NCBI GenBank assembly: GCA_964016885.1 | Contig: OZ024762.1 | Coordinates: 5,642,001 to 5,706,000 of the forward strand | Length of the DNA stretch: 64,000 bases | Source: Eledone cirrhosa | Taxonomy: Eukaryota | Direction: 5' to 3' | Part shown: positions 1 through 11,479 of the stretch, in pieces | How positions within the stretch are numbered: the stretch's first letter is position 1 | Layout: each line of letters starts with the position of its first letter | Notes under the pieces: model-generated | Told to the model about the DNA's origin: nothing | The model's database searches: none | Seen by the model: only the letters and a program-made list of their open reading frames with translations | Position numbers and translations under genes: made by a program

Positions 1-1283
1 TAAGACCGGATGCCCATGGGAACTCCTGTATGCTGATGACCTCGCACTCATAGCTGAATCTATGGTAGAACTAGAGAATAAATTCCAAACCTGGAAGCAG
101 GGACTAGAGAGAAAGGGCCTCAAAGTCAACATGACAAAGACTAAGGTCCTTATAAGTAGACGAGAAAACAGAACCCAGATCCCCTCAGGGAAATGGCCTT
201 GCTCAGTATGTAGGAAAGGTGTAGGTAGGAACTCCATTCTTTGCCCCAAATGCAAACAATGGGTACACAAGAGATGTAGCGGGATCTCAGGAAGCTTAAT
301 TAAGAATGTAGGATTCACATGCAGCAGCTGTGCTGAAACAGCAAGCAAACAGCCACAGGAAACAAGTACCACCAATCTCTGGGAGGGCCCTGTAGAAACA
401 GTAGACAGCTTCTGCTACCTAGGTGACCGAATTAGCAACGGAGGTGGGTGCTCAGAAAGTACAATAACTAGGGTAAGAACGGGATGGAAGAAGTTTAGGG
501 AACTACTACCACTGCTAGCTGCAAAAGGCTTCTCCCTCAGAATGAAAGGCAGACTGTATGATGCGTGTATCCGAACAGCGATGTTGCATGGTAGTGAGAC
601 CTGGGCGCTGAAGGTGGAAGACTTACGTAGATTAGAGAGAAACGAAGCCTGCATGCTCCGATGGATGTGTAACAGTAATATACGTGAACGACAAAGCATA
701 AATGAATTGAGAGAGAGACTGAGCATAAGAGGAATCAAATGCTGCGTGCAGGAGAGGCGGTTACGCTGGTATGGACATGTGATGCGTATGAAGGATGACA
801 GCTGCATAAAAAGGTGCAGAGCACTAGAAGTTGATGGAAACCGCGGAGTGGGGAGACCCAAGATGACTTGGGATGAGGTGATAAAAGCCGACCTTACCCA
901 ACTACACCTCTCAAAGTCAATGACACACGACCGTGACTTCTGGCGTCACGCAGTAATACAGGGTACCCGACCTCCCATGGGTACATGCTGAAGCATATAA
1001 ACAATATGCCCCCCCCCCCCCACCGCAAGGTGGTCGTGGAGGTGCCACGGCAAAAAAGCACCCAGCCCACACTGTAAAGTGGACGTGTAGGCGCCACGAA
1101 AAAGCACCCAGCACTCACTGTAAATGAGGTTGGTGTTAGGAAGGGCATCCAGCTGTAGAAATCAAGCCAGATCAGTTCCTGTATGAGCAAGGCATGGTCA
1201 GCCGACCAGACACTGCCCACAACAGGACAACCTGTCTAACCCATGCTAGCGTGGAAGAACGGACGTAAAACGGTGATGATGAT
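1..1283 (+). mobile_element. RTE-clade LINE, 3' part (RT C-terminal half, 3' UTR, (GAT)n tail); runs off the window start
   Basis: Frame from nt 2 reads KTGCPWELLYADDLALIAES, followed by RTE-type C-terminal motifs (LHGSETW, RRLRWYGHVMR, GRPKMTW). The 3' UTR (992-1283) recurs many times in the window. Confidence 0.92.
2..991 (+). CDS. Partial LINE ORF: reverse transcriptase (YADD at 29-40) plus C4HC3 PHD-like finger and RTE C-terminus
   Basis: Uninterrupted frame 2-991 with the YADD motif and CSVC-x11-CPKC-x4-H-x2-C...CSSC. Confidence 0.85.
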   Translation, partial: KTGCPWELLYADDLALIAESMVELENKFQTWKQGLERKGLKVNMTKTKVLISRRENRTQIPSGKWPCSVCRKGVGRNSILCPKCKQWVHKRCSGISGSLIKNVGFTCSSCAETASKQPQETSTTNLWEGPVETVDSFCYLGDRISNGGGCSESTITRVRTGWKKFRELLPLLAAKGFSLRMKGRLYDACIRTAMLHGSETWALKVEDLRRLERNEACMLRWMCNSNIRERQSINELRERLSIRGIKCCVQERRLRWYGHVMRMKDDSCIKRCRALEVDGNRGVGRPKMTWDEVIKADLTQLHLSKSMTHDRDFWRHAVIQGTRPPMGTC

Positions 1284-1331
1284 TTATACATTAGTATGTA
1301 TATACATATATATACATACATATACATATAC

Positions 1332-1377
<46 letters not shown>

Positions 1378-1615
1378 ATAAGTAAACATGATTATATATA
1401 TATGCATATATATGTATTTATATATATATGCATATATATAAACAAACGTTGACATTTGTACATTATTCTATGTACTATACATGCACCTTTGATGAGTTGT
1501 AGTGCACCTGAGCACTGTACACAATAATTTCATTATTATATTATTATATATGTATATATATCCATATCTAGAATGTAATAACAATGACAACAATGGTAAT
1601 AATGTGACCACTTAC

Positions 1616-1761
1616 CTCCTCAACGATTTCTTCCTTTTCACACAGAATTTACATATAATGAAGACAGCCAGTACAATAAAAAGCCCACCTACAACTCCAG
1701 CAGTTAACACAATCACGGTTACCTGTGGAGCAACACTGGAATTAGGTCTTTCCGGTGTTAC
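1616..1761 (-). CDS. Internal coding exon of a host single-pass membrane protein (TM helix plus basic stop-transfer segment)
   Basis: Acceptor tctgtttctgtttccAG at 1763-1762 and consensus donor AG|GTAAGT at 1615. Encodes VTPERPNSSVAPQVTVIVLTAGVVGGLFIVLAVFIICKFCVKRKKSLR (phase 0 in, phase 2 out) in non-repetitive sequence. Confidence 0.8.
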
Positions 1762-2444
1762 CTGGAAACAGAAACAGATCACCTTAATATAATATTTAGT
1801 ATTCACCGTATTTCAAATGAATGACACTACGTTCTAAATTTTTTGGAAGATAATGAAGAATTTAGTAATATAACTAACTTTCTCATTATTAAGCTGATGT
1901 TTGGAATATAACTTAACAAAGGTTCCTACATAAATTATAATGGAAGGTTTTTAGATAATTGTTGTTACCGTATTTCAAATGAATTTTGAAAATAATCAAG
2001 AATTTGGATGATTTAGTAATATAACTTTCTCATTATAAAGCTGGTGTTGGAACATAACTTAACGTTTCTTAGAAAAAAATTATGATGGGAGGTTCTTCTA
2101 ATGAAAGTCACTGTCTATGGTTTACAAATCATTTTGAAAATAATCAAGAACATGTGGATAATTAAAACAAAAATTAATTTTACATTTTAATAGAATTATA
2201 GACAATTCACAGTTGTATAAATAACATTGCAAATATTGGTGGAAATATGAATGAAAAGGATAAAAACAAAAGCAAGCAACAGAGGAGGAAGGGTAAAGAA
2301 GGGCAGGTCTGATTGTATAGGAAAGTAGGAAAAAGGGCTATAAATGCCATAAATGAGAGGAAAAGGAGGGAAAAGCAAGAACTATGGGGCCATGGAAGAA
2401 AGGGAAGAGAAGAGGTAAGGATGATGGCTCAATGCCTGGAGTGA

Positions 2445-2700
2445 GACGATGTTTGACCAGGGCTTGTCTGGCCGCTTCTTCTTCACACAGGTCATTGTTG
2501 AGACCTCGGGCGTCCTCAGACCCCATACAGTTGAACTCCTCCATAAAATTGGATAGTAAGCAGCCTGTCTGAGGAAGGAACTCCGTGAGGTGGGGCAGCT
2601 GTTGCAGTGGGTGTTGCTGGCCATTGTCCATGGAAATGCTTTTGCATCTGTACATGTGTATATGCCGTTATTAGATGCAACATTTTTGGAATGTTTTACA
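2445..2700 (+). pseudogene. Decayed 3' end of a CRE-like non-LTR element (restriction-like endonuclease C-terminus)
   Basis: Translates as FFTQVIVETSGVLRPHTVELLHKIG**...LLQWVLLAIVHGNAFAS, resembling the VET.G..G and AIQRGNA motifs of CRE-clade elements; contains stops. Confidence 0.6.
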
Positions 2701-2864
2701 TATTTTTACTGTTCCGTTAATGGATTGTACTTGTAATTTCCTAACTAGTTATGTTAATGTATGTATGTATGTATGTATGTATGTATGTATGTATGTATGT
2801 ATGTATGTATGTTCTTCTGGTTTTATAATTTCACAAATTCCAATGTGTACGTGTATGGAAAGAG

Positions 2865-3365
2865 GCTAAAAGTTGCTGACAAGTTTGTGTACCTTAGTTA
2901 CGCTGAACAACTCATGCACACTGGATGATGAAATATCCTTAAGAATCAAGAAAGCCAGTGATGCTTTGGGATGGTTGCATGAACGTTTATGGTCCCGACG
3001 AGGTGTCACTGTGAAAACCAAGGTGAAAGTGTATCTCACTTGTGTCATCTCCTCTTTGCTTTATGCTTGTGGAACGTGGGTCACATACAGAAAGCACCTC
3101 AAGGAACTGGAGAGATTTCACTAACAATCTTTTTGTAAGTTACTTGGGGGTGCAAGGGAAAATGTTCGTCAGTGATTTGGAAGTTCTCAAACAGAGCAGG
3201 TGCGTGACTATAGAGAGTTTGATCTTTCGGCACCAGTTGAGGTGGTGCACTCACGTGGTCCGGATATCCAATAATCACATTCCAAAGCAACTTCTCTACG
3301 GAGAACTGTGTGAAGGAAGGCAGCCACCGCACAAACCAAAAATGCGGTACCGGGATTGTGTCAGG
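2865..3365 (+). pseudogene. RTE (BovB-like) LINE ORF fragment
   Basis: LDDEISLRIKKASDALG...TKVKVY...LLYACGTW...QLRWCTHVVR...IPKQLLYGEL, split by a stop and a frameshift. Confidence 0.8.
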
Positions 3366-3696
3366 TAAATTCATGTTTTTGTGGGTTCTTTTGGGCCCTG
3401 GATTCCTTCTTTTGCAGCATAAAAACAAGCCAAAATCGTACCTACAGTATGGGATACCATTCTGTTTTAGCTTTACAGTATTTAAATTCATTATTACATG
3501 TTATATATACCTCTATATGCGTCTATATACATACCTCTATATGCGTCTATATACTGTATATATACTGTATATATATCATTCATATGGAAACCTGCAGTGT
3601 CAATGTAACATATATGGACTTACTGGTATGTACTGCGTTAGATGATCAACTTAGGAACAAATTAACAAACGAACTCATTCGTAAGTTGGGGAATTA

Positions 3697-3730
<34 letters not shown>

Positions 3731-3732
<2 letters not shown>

Positions 3733-3959
3733 CGAAGGAAATGTGGTAAGGAACCAGGTGGACCATAAAGCACCAAAGTACTCAATACTTAGGGTAGTAG
3801 AGTGGGTAATAGGAACGAGTGGGTAATAGGAACGAGTAGGACCCCGACGGCTGAGCTCAAGCCGTTTTGACGGCTAATTCTGGACTAAATTTAGTCTAGA
3901 TTTAGTCCAGAATTAGCCGTCGAAACGGCTTGAGCTCAGCCGTCGGGGTCCTACTCGTT

Positions 3960-3962
<3 letters not shown>
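3731..3962 (-). mobile_element. Family A PLE-like terminal remnant: fold-back palindrome between (TA)n tracts
   Basis: Arms AGGAACGAGTAGGACCCCGACGGCTGAGCTCAAGCCG and its reverse complement, plus a one-sided tail containing TTGAGTACT; (TA)n on both sides. Confidence 0.7.
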
Positions 3963-3996
<34 letters not shown>

Positions 3997-4001
<5 letters not shown>

Positions 4002-4300
4002 TTATAATAAGGCTGAATAGTGAGTCTTGTTAGTCTTGTTATCTGGAGTTTCACCAGTTTAATAAACAGGATAAACAGGTAAAACACCAGAGAAACAAGA
4101 CTCACTATTCAGCCTTAATATAATTGTTTATACTTTTGGCACAAGGCCAGCAATTACATTACTGGTACTTTATTTTATCGACCTGTAAGGATGAAAGGCA
4201 AAGTTAACCTCGGCGGGATTTGAACTCAAATCGTAAAGGGACGGGTTCAAATCCCGCCGAGGTTATGAATATTAAAACTCTACTTCGGTATTGAGTACTC
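3997..4300 (+). mobile_element. Family B palindromic remnant interrupted by a SINE fragment (about 4120-4263)
   Basis: AAGGCTGAATAGTGAGTCTTGTT...AACAAGACTCACTATTCAGCCTT, resuming after the SINE with ATGAATATTAAAACTCTACTTCGGTATTGAGTACTC; homologous to 6141-6298. Confidence 0.6.
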
Positions 4301-4327
4301 CTTTCTCTCAGCCCTCAAGCCTCCAGC

Positions 4328-4595
4328 CCACACCATAAATGGTTGTGTAGGTGTCACATAAAAAAGCACCCAGCCTACACTGTAAAGTTGTCATGTAGGT
4401 GTCACAACCAAAAACACCCATTACTCACTCTAAATGTGGTTGGTGCTAAGAAGGGCATCCAGCTGTAGAAACGAAGCCAAAATCAGTTCTGTATGAACAA
4501 GACATGGTCACCTGACCTGGCATTGCCCACAACAGGACAACCTGTCAAACCCATGCTATCGTGGAAGAATGGATGGAAACTGGTGATGATGATGA
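4328..4595 (+). mobile_element. 5'-truncated copy of the RTE 3' UTR
   Basis: AAGGGCATCCAGCTGTAGAAA...CCCATGCTA..GTGGAAGAA..(GAT)n matches 1050-1283. Further copies lie near 13620-13843, 14722-14898 and 49965-50082 (+), and 5295-5470, 5865-6090, 16660-16812, 37850-38000, 48925-49085 and 61715-61925 (-). Confidence 0.8.
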
Positions 4596-4741
4596 TATAT
4601 ATTACTATTAATATTATTGACATTAATTTTATTGATAACCCTGATTGTTTTGTTTGTATATTGCCATCTCTCCGCTATATTTAAGGCGTCCACTCTGATA
4701 CGGGAAGGTTTTAAAGTTATTTCATCAATCTCTTTTTATCA

Positions 4742-4922
4742 AACTACTAAGTTATAGGACATAAACATATGCACACACATATATGATGGGCTTCCGTTCT
4801 GTCTCTGTCAACCAAATTGCACTCACAAGGTATTAGTCAACACAAGGCCTTGTTCAAGGTGCCACACAGTTGGATTACACATGTGGTTGCAAGGTAAACC
4901 ATTTAACCACACAGCCATTCCT
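4742..4922 (-). mobile_element. Decayed tRNA-derived SINE (second family)
   Basis: Minus strand begins TGGCTGTGTGGTTAAA (A-box-like) and contains TGTGTGGCACCTTG; related pieces at about 5195-5285 and 42940-43020. Confidence 0.5.
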
Positions 4923-5700
4923 ACAATATAGTTTTTAAATTCTTCTTAATTTTGTTTTATTTTGTTCACTAAATCGTATTTATTAGAGATCTATTTATTA
5001 ATCTAAATCTTCCAATCAATAATGATATATCAATAACCAATATAATTATTCAACCATAACTAAATCGAACCATATCTAACCAATTCAGACTAAAACCAAC
5101 AAGATCAATCCAGATCTGATCAGATTCTGTTGATTTTTTTCACATCAGTTCATACAAGAAGCTGATCGGATTTTCAAAATATTGATATCTTGATTGAGCT
5201 TATTGCATGGTTAAGAAGTTCACTTTACAATCACATACGTCTGTGTTTAGTCTTACTGTGTGGCACCTTCAAGTTTCTTCTACTATATATCATCATCATC
5301 ATCACCATTTAACATCCATTTTTCCACACTAGTATGGGTTAGATAAGTTATTCTATTGTGAGACTAGTCTGATCAGGTGACCATGCCTTACTCATACAGA
5401 ACTGTTTCTGGTTTGGTTTCTATGGCTGGATGCCCTTCCTAATGCCAACCACGTTACAGCGTGGACACGGTGCTTTTTATCTTTTTATCAAGGAATGTGA
5501 TCAGTAGAGAGATACTGTGCTGAAAAAAACCGGTCCAACCAATGCATGCATGGAAAAGCAGATGTCAAATGATGATGTGTATGTGTCTATATGTTAGCCG
5601 ACTGAATATGCACGTGTTTTTTTCTCACCAATTTTTTTTCGCATTTTCCATGTTCCTTCCTCTCATCACTTTTTAGTTTCAATTTATCTTCTATTTCTAA

Positions 5701-5745
5701 CTCTATCTTCTGATGAAGGACTAGCGTCCGAAACGTTAATACACT
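5701..5745 (+). ncRNA. Minimal hammerhead ribozyme core (stem I decayed)
   Basis: CTGATGA (5710-5716), A-GGAC-tagc-GTCC stem II, GAAA (5730-5733), cgTT. A truncated identical core is at 50950-50967. Confidence 0.6.
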
Positions 5746-6140
5746 CTTCCTGCCATTTCAAGCATTAAAATAATATATTTCTTCCATGTGCTGTGCCATT
5801 TGTTTTGATATTTTTGTTATTTCTGTTTACCTTTTACATACACACACACACACACACACACTTCATCATCATCATCATCATCATCATAGTTTAACGTCTA
5901 TCTTCCAATCTAGCACAGGTTAGACGGGAATTGTCCCATTTGAGGTAAGATTGGTTGGGTGACCATGTCTCGCTCATATAGGACTATCTGGCAGGTTTTC
6001 TACAGTTGGATGCCCTTCCTAACACCAACCACATTTACAGTGTGGACTGGGAGCTTTTTACCGTGTTACACGACCACATTACAGCGTGGACTGTTTTTTT
6101 CCCTCCCATACACACATACATATATCCATATGAGAGAAAA

Positions 6141-6298
6141 GAGTACTTAATAGTGAAGTAAAGTTTAAATATTCATTTTATTTAGGTTAAATAGTGAGTC
6201 TTGTTACTCTGTAGTTTCCCCAGTAACAAGACTCACTATTTAACCTAAATAAAATGAATATTTAAACTTTACTTTGGTATTTTCGGTATTGAGTACTC
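6141..6298. mobile_element. Family B fold-back palindrome
   Basis: AAGTAAAGTTTAAATATTCATTTTATTTAGGTTAAATAGTGAGTCTTGTTACT and its reverse complement around a short spacer; ends in GGTATTGAGTACTC. Confidence 0.65.
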
Positions 6299-6797
6299 AA
6301 GGTGGTGTAGAACAGAACAGAGGAGAGACACAAAATAACAAATTAGTCACTGAGGAGGTCACAGCTACACCTTTAGGAGAGTTGATAAGAAACACAGCAC
6401 TGCTCTCTCGGAACTATTCTTTTATAGCATTCCTTATATCTATACATAGGTTAATGATATTAAGCATTTATATGTATGGATTTGCAAAGTCTATATAGTC
6501 TAATAGGAAGAAATAATACAGACGTCAAAGGTATATTCGAAATCATCATTAAAACCACCACAAAAAAGATATATTTCAAAATATCATTTTAAAAATATTT
6601 AAAAAAAACATCACAAAACATCAACAAAGCATATATATATGTGTGTGTGGGTGCGTGTGTATATATATATATATGTGTGGGTGTGTGTGTGTGTGTATAT
6701 TAATATATGTATATATGAATACAGTACTGGATAATTTAAATCAAAGGAGATTAGAATTAGAGTGAGAAGAATTATTTAGCCTACAGCAGACTTAATT

Positions 6798-7626
6798 AGA
6801 TGGAATAGAGGAATAGAGGTACTGGGGTATAGTGGAATAGAGGTATAATGGAATAGAGGTATAGTGGAATAGAGGTATAGTGGAATAGAGGTATAATGGA
6901 ATAGAGGTATAGTGGAATAGAGGTATAGAGGAATAGAGGTATAGTGGAATAGAGGTATAGTGGAATAGAGGTATACTGGAATAGAGGTATAGTGGAATAG
7001 AGGTATAGTGGAATAGAGGTATAGTGGAATAGAGGTATAGTGGAACAGGGGTATAGTGGAATAAAGGTATAGTGGAATAGAGGTATAGTGGAATAGAGGT
7101 ATAGTGGAATAGAGGTATAGTGGAATAGAGGAATAGAGGTATAGTGGAATAGGGGTATAGTGGAATAAAGGTATAGTGGAATAGGGGTATAGTGGAACAG
7201 GGGTATAATGGAATAAAGGTATAGTGGAATAGAGGTATATTGGAATAGAGGTATAGTGGAATAGAGGTATAGTGGAATAGAGGTATAGTGGAACAGGGGT
7301 ATAGTGGAATAGAGGAATAGTGGAATAGAGGTATAGTGGAATAGAGGTATAGTGGAATAGAGGTATAGTGGAATAGAGGTATAGTGGAACAGGGGTATAG
7401 TGGAATAGAGGAATAGTGGAACAGGGGTATAGTGGAATAGAGGAATAGTGGAATAGAGGTATAGTGGAATAGAGGTGTAGTGGAACAAGGGTATAGTGGA
7501 ATAGAGGTATAGTGGAATAGAGGTGTAGTGGAACAGGGGTATAGTGGAATAGAGGTATAGTGGAATAAAGGTATAGTGGAATAGAGGTATAGTGGAATAG
7601 AGGTATAGTGAAATAGAGGTATAGTG
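6798..7626. repeat. 16-bp minisatellite (GAATAGAGGTATAGTG)n
   Basis: About 50 near-identical tandem units. Confidence 0.95.
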
Positions 7627-7650
7627 CAGACTCTGTCCCAGTGACCCTAC

Positions 7651-7868
7651 AAGAAGAAGAAGAAGAAGAAGAAGAAGAAGAAGAAGAAGAAGACGAAAAA
7701 GAAGAAAAAGACGAAGAAGAAGAAGAAAAAGATGAAGAAGAAGAAGAAAAAGAAGAAAAAGACGAAGAAGAAGAAGAAGAAAAAGAAGAAAAAGACGAAG
7801 AAGAAGAAGAAGAAAAAGAAGAAGAAGAAGAAGAAGAAGAAGAAGAAGAAGAAGAAGAAGAAGAAGAA
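7651..7868. repeat. (GAA)n microsatellite
   Basis: Direct reading. Confidence 0.95.
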
Positions 7869-8039
7869 ATATGAAATGATGAAAAAAGAAAAACAAACAG
7901 GTAAAAAACAGCATACCTGCTCCAAAGAAAAGAAAACAAAGATAATTATTCTGCCCCTCCCCACCTACTTCCTTTCTCTCCCACCCAAAAACACCTGCAG
8001 ACACTATTATGGATATTAGTAGAATATGAAGTTATCATG

Positions 8040-8529
8040 AGAGGGGAGGGGGGAGAAAGGGGGAGGGAGAGAGCTTGGAGAGAGAAAAAAGGAGACAGAT
8101 AGATAGAGGAGGAGAGAAAGTTCGAGAGATAGAGGGAAATAGATAGATAAAGAGAGAGAGATAGAGGGGGGGGGAGAGACAGGGAAAAAGAGACAGAGAT
8201 AGAGAGATGGGGAGAGAGAAGGGGGGGGATATATATATATATATATACAGAGAGAGAGAGGGTGAGAGGGAGAGATATATAGACAGGGAGAGGGAGAGAT
8301 GAGGGAGAGAGAGAGAGAGGAAGAGTGAAAGCGAGAAATAGATAGACACAGAGAGAGACAGGGAGAGGGAGAGATAGATAGACAGAGAGATAGAGAGAGG
8401 GGGGAGAAGGAGAGAGAGAGAGGAAGAGAGAAAGGAAGAGAGATAGATAGACACAGAGAGAGACATGGAGAGGGAGAGATAGATAGACAGAGAGAGAGAA
8501 ACATGGAGAAGGAGAGATAGATAGACAGA

Positions 8530-8580
<51 letters not shown>
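8040..8580. repeat. GA-rich low-complexity tract
   Basis: (GA)n, GATA and GGA mosaics. Confidence 0.9.
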
Positions 8581-8582
<2 letters not shown>

Positions 8583-8879
8583 TTAGAAAGAAATTCTAAG
8601 ACCAAAATAGAAGGTTTTAACACATCAGTTGTGTCAGGACAAAGTAATCAGTTACAGACAGATTTAATTTGGTGGGGAGTGGTGGGGGTGTGGGAGCGGT
8701 GGGGTGGAGGTGGAGGTGTGGGAGGGGTGGGGTGGGGTGGAGGTGTGGGAGAGGTGGGGTGGAGGTGTAAAGGGTGTGTGGGTAGGGGAGTATGGGGTGA
8801 GAAGGTAAAGAGGATTGATGGGATTAATGGGGTGTGGAGGGGTGTGGCAGGGAGTATAGGGGTGAGGAGAGCTGTGGTG

Positions 8880-8930
<51 letters not shown>

Positions 8931-9104
8931 CAGTTTTGTTGCCGTTGCTTTCTATCTAAGCAGCTACAATGTGGCCCCTGACATATAAAACACAAGGACA
9001 TAATAAACAACAATGGCAACAACAACACCACCACCACCAGCAACAGCGCCACCACCACCATCACCACCAGCAACAGCACCACCACCACCACCACCAGCAA
9101 CACC

Positions 9105-9135
<31 letters not shown>

Positions 9136-9199
9136 GTATTTCCGAGAGTAGCATCAGTAAATCAACAATAATAGTAACAACTACAACATCAGTATTTAA

Positions 9200-9657
9200 T
9201 ATATACCTATACATGTATAGGTATATGTATAGGTATATACCTATACATATACATGTACAGGTATATACCTATATGTGTATATGTATAAGTATATACCTAT
9301 ACATGTATATGTATAGGTATATAAATATACATATACATGTATATATATAGGTATATACCTATATATGTACATGTATATGTATATGTATATACATATACAT
9401 GTATATATGTATTTACATATACATATACATGTATATGTATATGTATATACATATACATGTATATGTATATGTATATACATATACATGTATATACATGTAT
9501 ATGTATATGTATATACATATACATATATATATACATATACATACACACATATATATACATACACACACACACATATATATATACATACACACACATATAA
9601 ATGTGTGTGTATATAAATATCTATATATCTATATATATATATATATAAATATATATA

Positions 9658-9700
<43 letters not shown>
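9200..9700. repeat. (TA)n/(CATATA)n low-complexity tract
   Basis: Direct reading; similar tracts at about 52560-53050, 55915-56492, 56720-57110 and 58745-59145. Confidence 0.9.
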
Positions 9701-9703
<3 letters not shown>

Positions 9704-9819
9704 GCAACATGACCCTCCCAAAGTATAACAATATCGGTTTCAACACACGATTTCAGATAAAGAATCTTGCTAAACAAATTCAGAAACGAAATATATATAT
9801 ATATATCTATATATCTATC

Positions 9820-9852
<33 letters not shown>

Positions 9853-10011
9853 TGTGCTGAAAATAACTGTAATGAGAGTTGATTGCTATAAATAATAACC
9901 TAGAAAGTCATATAAACTATCCTTCATCGTCTATAGATAGAAGGGGCCAGCAGCCCCTGTGAACAGTATAACTCTGTACCTCTCAAATTCCTAAATATAT
10001 ATATACACATA

Positions 10012-10056
<45 letters not shown>

Positions 10057-10187
10057 ATGCATATGTGTATGTATGCATATGTGTGTATATATATATATAT
10101 ATTATATATTAAGTACATATTTAAAATGAAGAAAAACCAAGTGTAGCAACTTAAATCCATTGACTTTACCAAAAGGTGAATATATAT

Positions 10188-11147
10188 ATACTTGCAGAGG
10201 TACCCAGCATTGCTCAGGTATTAAATAGCAGTCATGTATAGCATTCAGGTCAATAGTTCAGTGCAGCTTTCAAACTTTACACATGCGTTACTTATATTTC
10301 TGTGCAATGGGCTAAAAAATTTTTAACTTTTTCTGCCCTAGGCCCACATTAGGCAAAAAACTGCATTTTTTAGGCCTTTTTAGGCTTTTTGGAGGCGTAG
10401 CTTAAAGATAATCCAACCGATTTCCTCGAAATTTGCAGCACAGATTCCATTAATGTTTTCTAGGAAATTTACGAATTAGCATTGGGCATTACATGACATT
10501 TTCATTTTCAATATAAATGCTACTTAAACATCGTAAGTAGCGTATAATATTTTGTTAAAAACTTGGTTTATCTAACACAGGACACAACACTTACTTACTT
10601 TTAAGCAGGACCATTTTCGGGGGATTGAGAATGAGGAGGACCTTAACATTTTTGTCAGCGCCCTGTTGACACTTCATGCTTTCATTACGCGCAATTTGGG
10701 GCCTTTGTACGTTGCCGTGTTACTGACACCGTAAAACTCATGCCTGTGCTACTTCTACTAAGACCCCTTTTGTTGCACCTACACCGCAGTATGAATGCCC
10801 TGCACAAGTACGCCGAACAGCGGTTGTGCTAATTCTGCAGTGACCCCTTTTGTCGCACCTTTGTTGCTGCGTAAACGCAATGCAACCAGTGCCGCCCAGC
10901 GTTTGTGCTAATTGCACTATGACCCCGCTTCTGCTGCAGCTGCGGTGCCACGCTGATTTCATCATCTCAATATCCCTGTTTAAACGTACATCCCTACTTC
11001 GTTTTCACACAATTGACTATGTCTCTCCTCAGCCCTTCCCTGAGAATAAGGGAATTCAAAAAGTACACAGCTACATTCCTTAACCTTTGCATATGCGTGT
11101 TGCTATTTCACATTTCCTATCCTGTGCAACGCCGGGTCCTGCTGCTA

Positions 11148-11149
<2 letters not shown>
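10188..11149. mobile_element. Non-autonomous Helitron-like sequence with two opposed 3'-type ends
   Basis: Right end GCAACGCCGGGTCCTGCTGCTAG|T. Left end is a decayed reverse complement of the same type (TACTTGCAGAGGTACCCAGCATTGC). Internal CCAACCGATTT..GAAATTTG motif. Confidence 0.55.
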
Positions 11150-11187
<38 letters not shown>

Positions 11188-11479
11188 GAGACAAAGCTTA
11201 TCGGATAGAATGGACACAGCTTCAGTTGTTTACTCACTCAATAATCTAATTAAGTCCCTGTTATTAGAATTCAAACCCAACTGGTTAGAGTGTACACATA
11301 TGTTAATCAGTGAGGAAGACCACTTTGTGTGGGTAAGAAATTTGAGATACCCGGACTGATGCACCAGTTTCTATGATTCCAATCTACAGGCAGTGGTCCG
11401 GATGGAATCACTATGTGCAGAAATTAGGTAATGTATGCGTTATGTATGTTGGCAGGAACCGTATTATCAGAAAGAGTTC

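Noticed and set aside
8930-9010. Acceptor-like site on minus followed by GPHCSCLDRKQRQQNC; a similar site lies near 18070
   Set aside because: No credible donor before running into simple repeat, so it is not supportable without transcripts.
6776-9852. Long ORFs (up to 402 aa) rich in Y/I/S/L/E/K
   Set aside because: They are translations of a 16-bp minisatellite and GAA/GA/TA microsatellites, with no domains or splice support. The same applies to poly-T/V/G/H/YI ORFs throughout the window.
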